Source: an uncultured delta proteobacterium | Lineage (GTDB): Bacteria; Myxococcota_A; Polyangia; Polyangiales; Polyangiaceae | Assembly (NCBI GenBank): GCA_963696385.1 | Contig: CAVOKF010000003.1 | Coordinates: forward strand, 96,001-160,000 | DNA: 64,000 nt | Reading direction: 5' to 3' | The notes under the pieces: model-generated | Told to the model about the DNA's origin: nothing | Databases searched by the model: none | Seen by the model: the letters and a program-made list of their open reading frames with translations, nothing else | Position numbers and translations under genes: made by a program | Shown here: piece by piece, positions 20,017 through 29,942 of the stretch | How positions within the stretch are numbered: position 1 is the stretch's first letter | Layout of the letters: every line of letters begins with the position of its first letter

Positions 20017-20630
20017 AAATCGCCCCCGTCCCCTTCGACCGCTGCCGCCACGGATGCGCCGTCCGGGCCCGAGTCCCCGGTTTCGCACCCGTCGAGGCCG
20101 CCGGAGGGCGTGTAGAACCACACGACGTTGTCGCCCCCGATGCTGTCGGGCTGGCGAAACAGCGTCGCGCCGGCCTCCGAAGTCGCGAACCCGTCCACCA
20201 CGAGGACTTCGATTCGATGGCACGCCGCCGTCGTCGGCGGCGGCGGTTGAAGTGGGATGGGGATCAAGACCACCCCGCCGTCGATGCCGGACTGACCGCC
20301 ACCGGTGCCCATCCATACCGGCAAGGCGTGACGGCTACCGTCGTCGTCGATGAACACGTCATACGCAAAATGCTGATTTGGACCATCGAGTCGCACCGGG
20401 ATAATAAACATATCGTCCAGCGGCCATTGGGAAAGGAGCTGATCGTCGGGGGGGATGAGCGCGTCGTGCAACACCGTCGGCGGTGGCTCAAGCGTGGGAG
20501 CCAGGTCCGATGGGGGCGTGGTGAGGCACCCAACGCCCACACCGAAGCGTAGAAAGCCCACGGCGAAGATGACACACGCGCCGAGCATTGCGCGCGGCCT
20601 CGGCGGCTGACAGCGCTTTCGAGTCCACAT
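20013..20630 (-). CDS. Hypothetical lipoprotein
   Basis: Hydrophobic signal ending VGVGC, Pro-rich linker, beta-rich domain with CHRIEVLV and VVWFY. Confidence 0.75.
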   Translation of the reverse strand: MWTRKRCQPPRPRAMLGACVIFAVGFLRFGVGVGCLTTPPSDLAPTLEPPPTVLHDALIPPDDQLLSQWPLDDMFIIPVRLDGPNQHFAYDVFIDDDGSRHALPVWMGTGGGQSGIDGGVVLIPIPLQPPPPTTAACHRIEVLVVDGFATSEAGATLFRQPDSIGGDNVVWFYTPSGGLDGCETGDSGPDGASVAAAVEGDGGDF

Positions 20631-20669
20631 GATTCATCCTACGATTCGGCTGAGAGCAATAAAGCTACA

Positions 20670-23600
20670 TCAATGCGAATCGAGCTCCGGTGCCTGCGCC
20701 ATGTCCCACGGCTCGCTCGTGGCCATATGCCATCGGGCTTGAGCGTATTCTGGACTCACAGCCAAACGAAACAAGTCGGCCATCAAGGGCTCCCGCTCGC
20801 AAAGCCTGCGCAAATCGAGCGGCGATCCGAGCTCTGCGAGGCGCGACGGCTTCTCGGCGAGCAGTTCCCGAGCCGCGAATCCAAAGTCGCCGGCGAGAAA
20901 CATTCCCACCCGTCGCCCGACATGCGCGGCGCGGACGACAAGCTCTTCGTATTCAGGAAGCTGGCCGTTGGCGAGCAGTTGCTGAAGCCGCCGCTGCACT
21001 CGAGCCGGAACGATCTGCCAGAATGCTTCGGCCAAACGGGCTGCCTCCGGGGTGACGCTACGATCGAGGACCGTCGACCCAAACGCGGTCCGCAGCGCCG
21101 CGATGGCTGCACGTGCTTCCGATTCGGGAAGGCCGAGGCAGAGGACGTTCTGCGGCAAAGCACCCGATATCGCTCGTCCGAGTGCGAAGAGGAGAGCGGC
21201 CGAGTCGTCGTGCGCATCCGCCGTCAGAAGAATCGCGGGTTGCGAGAGGACGGCCAGCTTTACCGACGGCGGGTCCGTGGCGGGCCGAAAGTACAAAGGA
21301 ATTCGCGGACCGTCGAGAACCCGGATCGCAGCCTGATAGATACGCGCGATGGTCGAGGTGGGACCTGGAACGACGCGCTCGGCTGCACGTAAATCGTAGC
21401 TCAGAGAGTCCCGCACGAATAGTTGCTTGGCCTCGTCCCATAGGAGACCGAGTGCTTCACCGCAAGCACCCACCAATGAACGAGTTAGAAGCCCGAATAC
21501 ACCGGCCTGTTCCGGAAGAGCCGTCAACGGAGGCGGAAGGAGGGGCCCACGCTGCACGTCGAACGCGCGAGCGACGTGTTCGAGAGCTCTCGCGTAAAGG
21601 CGATCGCCGTCGGCCAACGCCGCGCTCTGCAGCAGCGCGAGCCTGCGGATGTCGCCCGGCTCGATGGCGACTTGCTCGTATCGCACACGAACCAGGTCCC
21701 GCGTGCGATCGGGCGATGCGGCGAGCCGCTCCGCCAAACTATCCCCTGCCTCGGTGACGCCGCTGCGCAACTGCTCCCACAGCCCGGCCTCGGCACCGAA
21801 GAGGTCGCCGCGAGCGGCGAGGCTAGAACCGAGCGCCGGTCGCCCTTCAGCCGCGGGTGCCATAGGAGTGGGGGCCCCCAAGCGGTCAGGCTCGATCGGC
21901 GGGTCCGGTTTTTCCAACGGAACGGCCGGACTCGAAGGCGCGGACTTTGAATGCCCCAGTAACGCACGCCTCTCCCGCGCAGCCGCACGGCTCTCGTCGT
22001 GCCGCTCGGCAACTTCGAGAAACATCAGTGCGTCGTCGGTGCGATCCGCCCGGCTCGCCGCGTCGGCCGCTACAAGGGCAACCTGGCCCGGCTTGCGAAG
22101 ATCGAGCAAGGGGCCCGAAAGTGCAATCTGATATTGTTCGAGCGCTCCGACCAGATTTCCTTGCGCCGCGAACCGCTCGCCGATCCCCACGGCAACCAGG
22201 GGATGGGCCCCGACCGAAGCATGCGCCGCCCGGAGCTCGCGCAGCCCCGAGCTCCCCCCTTCGACGACGTCCAAGGCCTCGGCAAGCAGGAACGAGCGAA
22301 GTGCCGCATCATCGCGCGTCAGAGGCTCTTCAATGGCTCCCAGGTCGGCGATCGTCCGCCGCGCCTCGTCGGGCGCGCCCGCGCCCCGAAAGCGATATTC
22401 GAGCCCCCTCGCAAGAAGTTGCGGCGTCCCTCGCTGCGGCGCGGTCCGAGCCGCCTCCCGGGCGCGCTCGAGCGCTCCGCGGAGATGGGCGGTTCGGGCC
22501 GCGATCATCGCAGCCTCGACGAGCAGGTCGCTCCGAGCCGACGCATCGAGACCATCGGCCCTCGCGAGCGCGGCCAGGGCATCGCCGAGTGCGACGTCAT
22601 CGTTCGACGCCCGCGCCGCATCCACGCGAAGGGCGAGTGCGGCGCCCTCGTTCGGGCGCGCGGCGATCATGCGGTCGGCGAGATCCAACGCCTGGGACAC
22701 CTGGTTGGACGCGAGGAGAGCGCGTCCAGCCCGTAATTCAAGATCCTGCCGATCCGTTGGATCTCGCTCCAGCCGTGCTGCCGCCAGCCAGCAGCGCGCG
22801 GCCCCGGCAGGGTCTGTGCTGCGGTCCAGCAGGTCGGCGAGATAGCGAAGAGCTCCAGGGCTGTCCGGGGTCTCTTCGACGAGGCGAGACAGCTCATCGA
22901 GTGCGTCTCGCGCGCGATCGAGGCGTTGCTCGAGAATGGCGGCCCTCCGCAAGCGGACGGCGCGCAGGGTTTCGCGACGCCTCGGATCGGCACTCAAGCG
23001 AACGGCTCGCCGAGCCAGGTGCTCAGCAAGTTCGGTGTACCGTCCGTGCGCGGCCATCGCCCCTTCCAGCGCTTCGTCGGCGTCGTCGTCGGTCGGATCG
23101 AGCGCCAGCACTTCGTACCATACGGGTGCGGCAACGGTTGCGTCGCCTTGCGCGTCGAGTGCGCGCGCGAGGCGTTTGAGCACGGCAGCTCGACCCTCCG
23201 GTGGGATCCGCCGAGCGGCCTTTTGGAGGGCGTGAATCCGTGCCGCCTCGTCACCGGATCGCTCTGCGAGCCGCTCAAGCGAGGTCCATCGCTCGAGCGG
23301 CTCGGGATCGAGCCTGCACGCCTCCCAGACCGCGTTCAGCGCGCCGGCGATGTCGCCTCGCGCCTCGCGTCTCTCCGCCACCTCCATCCACCGATCTCCG
23401 CGTGTCCTCGGCGACGTGGCTGCCTCCCTCGCGGCGCCGCCCGTGCGAGGTTCGAGCGCCGGTTCGTGCCCGGCGGCTAGCCGTGACGCCTGCAGTTCGC
23501 GCTCGACGGCCGCCCGATCGCGCTCGTCGACCATGGGCAGCGCACGTTCAAACAGCGGCACGGCCTCGTGGTATGCCATTTTTGCGACGCGACCGCGTGC

Positions 23601-26600
23601 GACGGCAAGAATGGCCTGCGATCGACGCTGCAGGGATACGTGCGAGTCGAGGCGATCGGCCCATTGTGGCGCTAGACGCACGGCCTCGTCGGCTGCCAGC
23701 ACGAGCGCATCGTCGTCTGGATCCCGAAGCGCAGCCGCCACGGCCGTGCGCGCGCGCAACGCGTCGTCTCCGAGTTTGGCCGCTAGGCTCGAAAGCAGGC
23801 GCATCGCTGCGCCGCCGATCTTGGATGCGGGCCGCTCGGCCTCGACGAGGATCGCCGTCACTCGTTGGCCGGCATCGCGCGCGCGCACCAATCGGACAGC
23901 CCAAATCGATAGATCTTCGAAGGCCTCTACGCCACCGTCGCACGCGACCGCCTTCTCGGTCGAAGCCAACGCGCTGTCGGCATCGTCGAAGAGTTCGAGT
24001 GCGAGGACGGCGAACGCGATCGCAACCCGCGCGGCCTCCGGCCCGACGTCCCCGCCGAGAGTCTGTGCGGCGCGCGACACGCGCATGTGCAGCGGATCCC
24101 GCTCGTGGGGATCGGCGGCGAGCAAAGCGATTAAGGCGTCGCGGAGGGCGGCCACAGTCGCCGCGTTCGGCGCGGCATGGATGGCGCGCAAGACCAGGTT
24201 GACCTTGGCGCGTATCCCCTCCTCGCCATCGCCCGCCACATCGGCCGCCCGCAGCAACCATGCGGCACGCCCTTGGGGGAGCTCCGCCGTCTCGGCCACC
24301 TGTTCGACGGCCTGAACCGCAAAGGTCGAATCTCCGGCACGGGCTGCCGCTTGCGCGAGCAGGCACAACGTGGATCCCTCTGAGGGCAACGCGAGGAATG
24401 CCTTCGCCGCGTGCTTCAACGCCAACGAGTTCTCGCCGAGCTTGCCAAGAAAGCGTGCGCCACGGTAATGCACGGCGCGCCGGCCGAAGCGGCCGAAGGA
24501 TCGATCCGCGACAGCATCGTAGAGCTCCGACAGACCTCCGTACTCACCGCATCTCCGGGCCGCAGGCTCCGCAATTTCGAGAGCGCTTCCCTGCCTGGGA
24601 TAGCGAGCGACCGACCGGGCGCACAATTGGAGTGCGGTACGCGACTCACCCGACCATAGTGCAGCCGTGGCCGCTTCGGCAGCCATCTCCGCGGCTTTGA
24701 CGTCGTCTGGCTCGGTCTCAACGACGCGCTCGATATATTGGAACGCGAACGGCGCCCCTCCGAACGCGATGACGTCCAGCGCCAGAATCGTATAGCCGCC
24801 CGCGCCGCTGATGCGCGCCGACCGTTGCCAGGCGGCAATCGCGCCCACTCGATCGTCGGCCAGATCCCAGAGGGCGCCGCCAAGCTCTCGCCACGCCGCC
24901 GCCTCGACCTCCGGTTTCTGCTCGACGATCGAACGGCTGGCTTGAGCCGCCATGCGCCACAAATGCGTGTCGGGCGTAGCCGGTCGCCCGGCCATGCGCC
25001 TCAAGTGTGCGTCGGTCTCCGCAGAATTGAAACCCTCGCGAACAGCTCGCGCGATGATCCGCGATTGCCCTTCTTCGTCGCCGAGCCGCTCCCTCAGATC
25101 CGCCAGTTGGACGAACGCCGACCGACGGTGGCCGCCGTCGGCGCCACTCGCAAGCCACCGTTCGAGGATCACCGCGGCAAAGGCGTCGTCGGAGGCTTTG
25201 CCCGCAACTTCGAGCATGGCCTCGCGTAGGCACGCCGCTTTCGGACCGAATACGTCGAGCGCCCGCCGTGCGACGACGACGGCCCGAGCGATGTCGGGCC
25301 GCGTCAGTTCGCGTAGCGCGCCGCTGAATCTCACGACGACGATGCCGAGGGGAAGCGGTTGCGACAAGACCCACGCCAGAGCCTCCGCGAGGCGCTGCGC
25401 GTCCCCTGACGCGAGGAGGCGACCGAGCAGCATCTCCACGGCGCGCCAATCGCCCGGGCGCAACCTAACGTGACGCTGATTCCATGCGATCGCCTGCTCG
25501 CGACGGCCTATCGCGTCGAGGATGTCCGCCAGCGCCGAGCACCAGTCCGGTCTCGGACCCACCAGCGAAAGTGCGCGCTCTATCGCCGACGCAGCTTGGC
25601 GATCGAAGTCACCGATGACTGCGTCGGCGAGAGCGGCCGCACAACGGGCATCATCGGGGTCGGCCTCGGTCGCGGCGGCGGCTGCGCTCCGTGCTGCCAT
25701 GCGGTCCCCCCACTGGCGATGGCGCTCCGAGGCGACAGCCAGCAACATCGCGCGCCACGAGGTCGGCGATCGCGCCGCGATGCCCTCAAGCGCCAGCGCG
25801 CTCGAGCGCAGGTCGCACGCGAGCTCGCGGCGCATCGAAGGGGCATCTGGAAGCCCTACCTCGCGGAGCACCGCTTCCAACGCCTGACCCTCGTCGCCAC
25901 CGAGATCCGCCCCAGCAGCTCGGTCGAGCGCAGCCCCGAGCGCACGCGATCGCATGCCGGAAGCCAACGCGGCGGCCGTGCGACGCGCATGAATCTCGGT
26001 GATCCGGCTCAGAGCACTGCCGCCGAGCGCTTTCGCGTGCGCTCGCCATACCTCGTCGGAGGCAGAGGCGCGCGCGCCTTGATCGAGAGCGGCGCCGAGT
26101 GCTTGAACCGCGACCGCGCTCGTGGGATCGGTCGCAAAGGCCCGCCACAGATCCTCGTGCTCCGCTTCGGTCTGCTGGAGCACGTGGTGCCGACGCGCGG
26201 CTTCGACGTACGCTTCGGCCCCGACCCAGGGCGGAGCCGATTCGGGATCCCACGCTGAAAGCGCGCCCAGCAACTCTGCGGGCAGCGGGTCCTCGTGATC
26301 CAACGCCATGGCCGACTGGAACGCCAAAGCCGCGTTCGCGGCCGCCCCGGCGCGGGCCCGGAGCTGCCCCGCGCGCACGAGAATGTCCGCGAACTCAGGC
26401 GAATCGTCCCCGATCGACGCATTCGGCTTCAACACGGCTGCGGCACGCGCTGGTTCACCCAGGCTCTCGAGCCACGCCGACGCTTCGCGCCTGAGCTCGA
26501 GGTCGGCGCCGAGCGACAGTGCCATGGACGCCAGGTCGACAGCCTCGTCGAGATCGCGGTCGCGAGAAGCGAGCCAGCGCGCCAACGTCGTGCATGCCGT

Positions 26601-26843
26601 TCGCAACGTGCTCGTGTCCCCCGCCGCGTGCGCCTCCTCCACTCGGGCGCGAAGCCACGCCTCTTCGGCCCGCGTTCCGATTCGCCGCGGCAAGGGCAGC
26701 GGAACGCTCGGAGGTCGGCTCGAAGCGCCGCGGGCGCGCGCCGCCCTCCACTCCGGGGGTGGGAGCGTCCTCTGGTGGGTCGTCTCGACCGGACGTTCGC
26801 CCACCGGGCTGTGCTCCCGAGGCGGACCGTCGGACCCAAACAT
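20670..26843 (-). CDS. Giant (~2050 aa) TPR protein with C-terminal degenerate zincin/M48-like domain
   Basis: Continuous TPR-like repeats (WYEVLALDPTDDDADEAL; LVEETPDSPGALRYLADLL). C-terminus LLFALGRAIS...GRRVGMFLAGD...DLFRLAVSPEYAQARW, as seen in myxobacterial TPR proteins; no HExxH. Confidence 0.85.
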   Translation of the reverse strand: MFGSDGPPREHSPVGERPVETTHQRTLPPPEWRAARARGASSRPPSVPLPLPRRIGTRAEEAWLRARVEEAHAAGDTSTLRTACTTLARWLASRDRDLDEAVDLASMALSLGADLELRREASAWLESLGEPARAAAVLKPNASIGDDSPEFADILVRAGQLRARAGAAANAALAFQSAMALDHEDPLPAELLGALSAWDPESAPPWVGAEAYVEAARRHHVLQQTEAEHEDLWRAFATDPTSAVAVQALGAALDQGARASASDEVWRAHAKALGGSALSRITEIHARRTAAALASGMRSRALGAALDRAAGADLGGDEGQALEAVLREVGLPDAPSMRRELACDLRSSALALEGIAARSPTSWRAMLLAVASERHRQWGDRMAARSAAAAATEADPDDARCAAALADAVIGDFDRQAASAIERALSLVGPRPDWCSALADILDAIGRREQAIAWNQRHVRLRPGDWRAVEMLLGRLLASGDAQRLAEALAWVLSQPLPLGIVVVRFSGALRELTRPDIARAVVVARRALDVFGPKAACLREAMLEVAGKASDDAFAAVILERWLASGADGGHRRSAFVQLADLRERLGDEEGQSRIIARAVREGFNSAETDAHLRRMAGRPATPDTHLWRMAAQASRSIVEQKPEVEAAAWRELGGALWDLADDRVGAIAAWQRSARISGAGGYTILALDVIAFGGAPFAFQYIERVVETEPDDVKAAEMAAEAATAALWSGESRTALQLCARSVARYPRQGSALEIAEPAARRCGEYGGLSELYDAVADRSFGRFGRRAVHYRGARFLGKLGENSLALKHAAKAFLALPSEGSTLCLLAQAAARAGDSTFAVQAVEQVAETAELPQGRAAWLLRAADVAGDGEEGIRAKVNLVLRAIHAAPNAATVAALRDALIALLAADPHERDPLHMRVSRAAQTLGGDVGPEAARVAIAFAVLALELFDDADSALASTEKAVACDGGVEAFEDLSIWAVRLVRARDAGQRVTAILVEAERPASKIGGAAMRLLSSLAAKLGDDALRARTAVAAALRDPDDDALVLAADEAVRLAPQWADRLDSHVSLQRRSQAILAVARGRVAKMAYHEAVPLFERALPMVDERDRAAVERELQASRLAAGHEPALEPRTGGAAREAATSPRTRGDRWMEVAERREARGDIAGALNAVWEACRLDPEPLERWTSLERLAERSGDEAARIHALQKAARRIPPEGRAAVLKRLARALDAQGDATVAAPVWYEVLALDPTDDDADEALEGAMAAHGRYTELAEHLARRAVRLSADPRRRETLRAVRLRRAAILEQRLDRARDALDELSRLVEETPDSPGALRYLADLLDRSTDPAGAARCWLAAARLERDPTDRQDLELRAGRALLASNQVSQALDLADRMIAARPNEGAALALRVDAARASNDDVALGDALAALARADGLDASARSDLLVEAAMIAARTAHLRGALERAREAARTAPQRGTPQLLARGLEYRFRGAGAPDEARRTIADLGAIEEPLTRDDAALRSFLLAEALDVVEGGSSGLRELRAAHASVGAHPLVAVGIGERFAAQGNLVGALEQYQIALSGPLLDLRKPGQVALVAADAASRADRTDDALMFLEVAERHDESRAAARERRALLGHSKSAPSSPAVPLEKPDPPIEPDRLGAPTPMAPAAEGRPALGSSLAARGDLFGAEAGLWEQLRSGVTEAGDSLAERLAASPDRTRDLVRVRYEQVAIEPGDIRRLALLQSAALADGDRLYARALEHVARAFDVQRGPLLPPPLTALPEQAGVFGLLTRSLVGACGEALGLLWDEAKQLFVRDSLSYDLRAAERVVPGPTSTIARIYQAAIRVLDGPRIPLYFRPATDPPSVKLAVLSQPAILLTADAHDDSAALLFALGRAISGALPQNVLCLGLPESEARAAIAALRTAFGSTVLDRSVTPEAARLAEAFWQIVPARVQRRLQQLLANGQLPEYEELVVRAAHVGRRVGMFLAGDFGFAARELLAEKPSRLAELGSPLDLRRLCEREPLMADLFRLAVSPEYAQARWHMATSEPWDMAQAPELDSH

Positions 26844-27046
26844 GGCGACGGAATCGTACGCTAGGCCAAGTCCGTGCGGAGGCGAAACCGTTCGTCGTCC
26901 TTCAGGCCGTCTGGCGGTCAAGATCGATCAGGCCATGGTCAGTTCGGACTTATGGATAAAGGAGGTCCACAGGAGATACCGTCTTCGTCGTGCGACAACC
27001 GACCCTGTCACTGCGCTCGACCAGACGGTGATGGGCGTGCCACCGC

Positions 27047-28147
27047 GTGACGTCCCCGGGGGCTGTAGAAGTGCCCAATTCGGATCCGATTGCAGCGAAG
27101 ACTTTGACTCCAACCGTTCAGGCATCCCCCACGGGCGGAACGGCCCCAACGGCGCAGCAACGCCGCATGGTCGCGGTCCTTGCCGCGCTGTTCGTCGCGC
27201 TGATCCTGTGTACGACCGCCTGCATGCTTCAGGGAGCCGGAAGCCTCCGTGACCCACAGCTGCGCTCGACGCTCCTGGTGCTTCGGGCCTCGCGCGCGGG
27301 TGCCGCATTGCTCGTCGGCGCGTCTCTCGCAGTCGCCGGCGTCATGGTCCAGGGGCTCTTTCGCAATCCCCTGGCCGATGTTTCGCTGTTAGGCACGTCG
27401 GCAGGCGCGATGCTCGGAGGCAACGCATCGCTGCTGGCGATGCAGTTCGTGCTGACTGGTTATGGGGTTGCGGGCGTTCCGCCGGACGTCATGCTGCCCG
27501 TGGGCTGCCTGGCCGGAGCGCTCTTCAGCCTCGCCCTGCTCTTTGCGTTCCTGCGCCGGTCGAGCGACGTTCTTTCGTTGATTCTCGCAGGGTTTCTCTT
27601 CTCCTCGTTGTTTCTCAGCGTGACGAGTCTCATCATGAGCATGGCGGAAGAGCGTTGGGAGCTCGGACGCGCCGTGATCTCGGTTACGCTCGGCGGAATC
27701 GCCACGACCGGCCCGCTCCAACTTGCGCTTGCCGCGCCCCTCGTGTTTTCGGGGATCCTCGCGGCGTGGTTTTGGGCCAAACCTCTCGACGTCTTGTTGT
27801 CCGGAGACGAAGAAGCGTCGTCGCTCGGCGTCGACGTCGCGCAGGTCAGGCGGTACTGCATCCTGTGGGTCGCCGTGTTGACTGCCGGCGCGGTCGCGCT
27901 CGGCGGCAACATCGCGTTCGTCGGTCTCTTGATCCCGCACGCGCTGCGGCCCGCCCTTGGAGTCGAACATCGCCGTCTGGTGCTGGTCTCCGCCATCGCA
28001 GGTGCCACATTCGTCGCGGCATGCGATCTCATCGCTCGCACGCTACCCGGACGGAGCGAGGTACCGCTCGGCGTCATCACCGGGTTGGTCGGAGCGCCCG
28101 CTTTTCTTGTGCTCCTTTCGCGCGCCAAGCGAGCAGGCGCATGGTGA
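27047..28147 (+). CDS. FecCD/BtuC-family ABC transporter permease (iron-chelate, heme or B12)
   Basis: QGLFRNPLAD, GDEEASSLGVD, IAFVGLLIPH, EVPLGVITGLVGAP. Start uncertain. Confidence 0.92.
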   Translation: MTSPGAVEVPNSDPIAAKTLTPTVQASPTGGTAPTAQQRRMVAVLAALFVALILCTTACMLQGAGSLRDPQLRSTLLVLRASRAGAALLVGASLAVAGVMVQGLFRNPLADVSLLGTSAGAMLGGNASLLAMQFVLTGYGVAGVPPDVMLPVGCLAGALFSLALLFAFLRRSSDVLSLILAGFLFSSLFLSVTSLIMSMAEERWELGRAVISVTLGGIATTGPLQLALAAPLVFSGILAAWFWAKPLDVLLSGDEEASSLGVDVAQVRRYCILWVAVLTAGAVALGGNIAFVGLLIPHALRPALGVEHRRLVLVSAIAGATFVAACDLIARTLPGRSEVPLGVITGLVGAPAFLVLLSRAKRAGAW

Positions 28148-28938
28148 TCGGCGTAGTCCGCGTATCGGATGTGCGTGTCGTCCGCGAGGGGCGGGCGATC
28201 TTGGACAGCATCCGCTTCGAAGCGCGCTTCGGCGCCATCACGGCCATTCTCGGTCCGAACGGGGCCGGCAAGTCAACGCTCGTGAGGGCCATCGCGGGAG
28301 TCACCCCGTACGAAGGGGACATCCTGGTCCATGGCCGGTCCGTGCGCAATCTCGACGCCGCGACACGCGCGCGGTCCATCGCGTACGTCCCTCAACAGTC
28401 CGAGCTAAGCTCGCCTATGCGAGTGGCCGAGGTGGTCGCACAGGGGCGTTACGCGCATCACGTGGGAAGGCTGACCCCTACGGACGCCGACCGGTCAGCC
28501 GGGCGTCATGCTCTCGATGTCGTTGGCGCCGGCCCCCTCGCCGATCGAGCGTTTACGACACTTTCGCAGGGCGAGCGTCAACGAGTCCTTATTGCACGCG
28601 CGCTGGCGACGGAGGCCCGCGTCCTCGTGCTCGACGAGCCGACCGCGGCGCTGGACATCGGCCACTCGTTGCGGCTTTACGCATTGCTCCGCCAACTGGC
28701 CGATGACGGGTATTGCGTCCTTGCGGTCTTGCACGCGCTTCAGGAGGCCCTCGAATGGACCGACGAAGCCGTGCTCTTGGATCGGGGCCGCCTTCTGATT
28801 GAGGGCGAGACTCTGTCGGTGATTTCCCATGCCAGCGTCGAGGCCGTCTACGGCGTCCGTCTGGTCGCGAACGGCGCGCTGGGATTTCGATTGGCGGACG
28901 AACCAGTCCCGTCGAGGGCGCCCGGATGCGTGGGGTGA
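28141..28938 (+). CDS. ABC transporter ATP-binding protein (FecE/BtuD/HmuV type)
   Basis: Walker A GPNGAGKS, Q-loop YVPQ, signature LSQGERQR, Walker B LVLDEPT. Overlaps the permease stop. Confidence 0.93.
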   Translation: MVIGVVRVSDVRVVREGRAILDSIRFEARFGAITAILGPNGAGKSTLVRAIAGVTPYEGDILVHGRSVRNLDAATRARSIAYVPQQSELSSPMRVAEVVAQGRYAHHVGRLTPTDADRSAGRHALDVVGAGPLADRAFTTLSQGERQRVLIARALATEARVLVLDEPTAALDIGHSLRLYALLRQLADDGYCVLAVLHALQEALEWTDEAVLLDRGRLLIEGETLSVISHASVEAVYGVRLVANGALGFRLADEPVPSRAPGCVG

Positions 28939-29894
28939 CCTCGGCGAACATCACGGCGTTCGCGTTGGCTCTTTTTGCTTCAACGGCCGTGGCGTGGGTT
29001 CCGTTCGTGATCGCGAAGCGCCATCCGTCCATCGAAAGCACGGCGATTGCACCATCGCCTCGCCCACTTCGGGACCACTCCGGCACCGTGGTGGCTTCCC
29101 CGCGACAGTACCAGCGCATCGTCTCGGCCAGCACGGTCGCCGACACCCTCCTCCTCGAGCTCTGTGAGCCCGACCGCGTCGTCGCCTTCACCGCACAGAG
29201 CGCGCACAAAGGAGCCAGCGGCTATAAATATGCCGGCAAGCCGACGGTCGATCTCGGCAACGTTGAGTCGGTGCTCGCTCTGCATCCGGACCTCGTCCTC
29301 GTCAACGTCGTGGGGGACCCACACCGCGTGGCGCGTCTTCGTGACGCCGGCGTCGTCGTCTACGATCTTGGCGAAATGCGTGGGCTTGCCACGCTGATTC
29401 CCAACATTCGAGAGATCGCATGGCTCGTCGGCCATCCGGAGCGGGGCGAGCGATTCGCTCGAGAGCTCGTCGAACGAGCCGCCAGCGTTGCCATCGATAT
29501 TGCTGGGCCGGATCGCAAGACCGGCATGTACCTGAGCATCTACGGGGGCCGCCTTTTCGGAGGTGGTTCGGGGACGAGTTTCGACGACGTGCTGAGAACG
29601 GCCGGGCTCATCGACTCCGCTGCGGCTGCCCGTGATTGGCCGCAGTTCGCCACCGAGCAGGTGCTCAAGCTCGATCCGGAGATCATCGTGACCAACGCGG
29701 GGATGCGGCAGGTGCTTTGCGAGCATGCCGGCTTCTCGTTGCTTCGTGCCTGCAAGCGCCCCGACGGCGTCGTCGAAGTCGACGAAGCGCTCTTGGGCGA
29801 CCCAGGACCCACCATGATGCTTGCGGCACAGGCCATCCGCGATCGGGTGTACGGGCCACCCGCCGCGTCCATCCTGGGCGGCGCGCCGCGCTGA
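28926..29894 (+). CDS. Class III substrate-binding protein (BtuF/HmuT-like) with N-terminal membrane anchor
   Basis: QRIVSASTVADTLLLEL, NVESVLALHPDLVL, EQVLKLDPEIIV, PGP near the C-terminus. Confidence 0.88.
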   Translation: MRGVTSANITAFALALFASTAVAWVPFVIAKRHPSIESTAIAPSPRPLRDHSGTVVASPRQYQRIVSASTVADTLLLELCEPDRVVAFTAQSAHKGASGYKYAGKPTVDLGNVESVLALHPDLVLVNVVGDPHRVARLRDAGVVVYDLGEMRGLATLIPNIREIAWLVGHPERGERFARELVERAASVAIDIAGPDRKTGMYLSIYGGRLFGGGSGTSFDDVLRTAGLIDSAAAARDWPQFATEQVLKLDPEIIVTNAGMRQVLCEHAGFSLLRACKRPDGVVEVDEALLGDPGPTMMLAAQAIRDRVYGPPAASILGGAPR

Positions 29895-29942
29895 GACAAG
29901 AGCCGTTCGCAGGCGGCCTACGGCGCCGCGACGAGTCGGTCG

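Noticed and set aside
26844..27100. Cobalamin riboswitch upstream of the Btu/Fec-like operon
   Set aside because: Some stems (ACCGTCT/AGACGGT) and partial look-alikes (CAGGAGATACC, CCCTGTCACTG) exist, but in the wrong order and without the AGGGAA/GGGAAG core.
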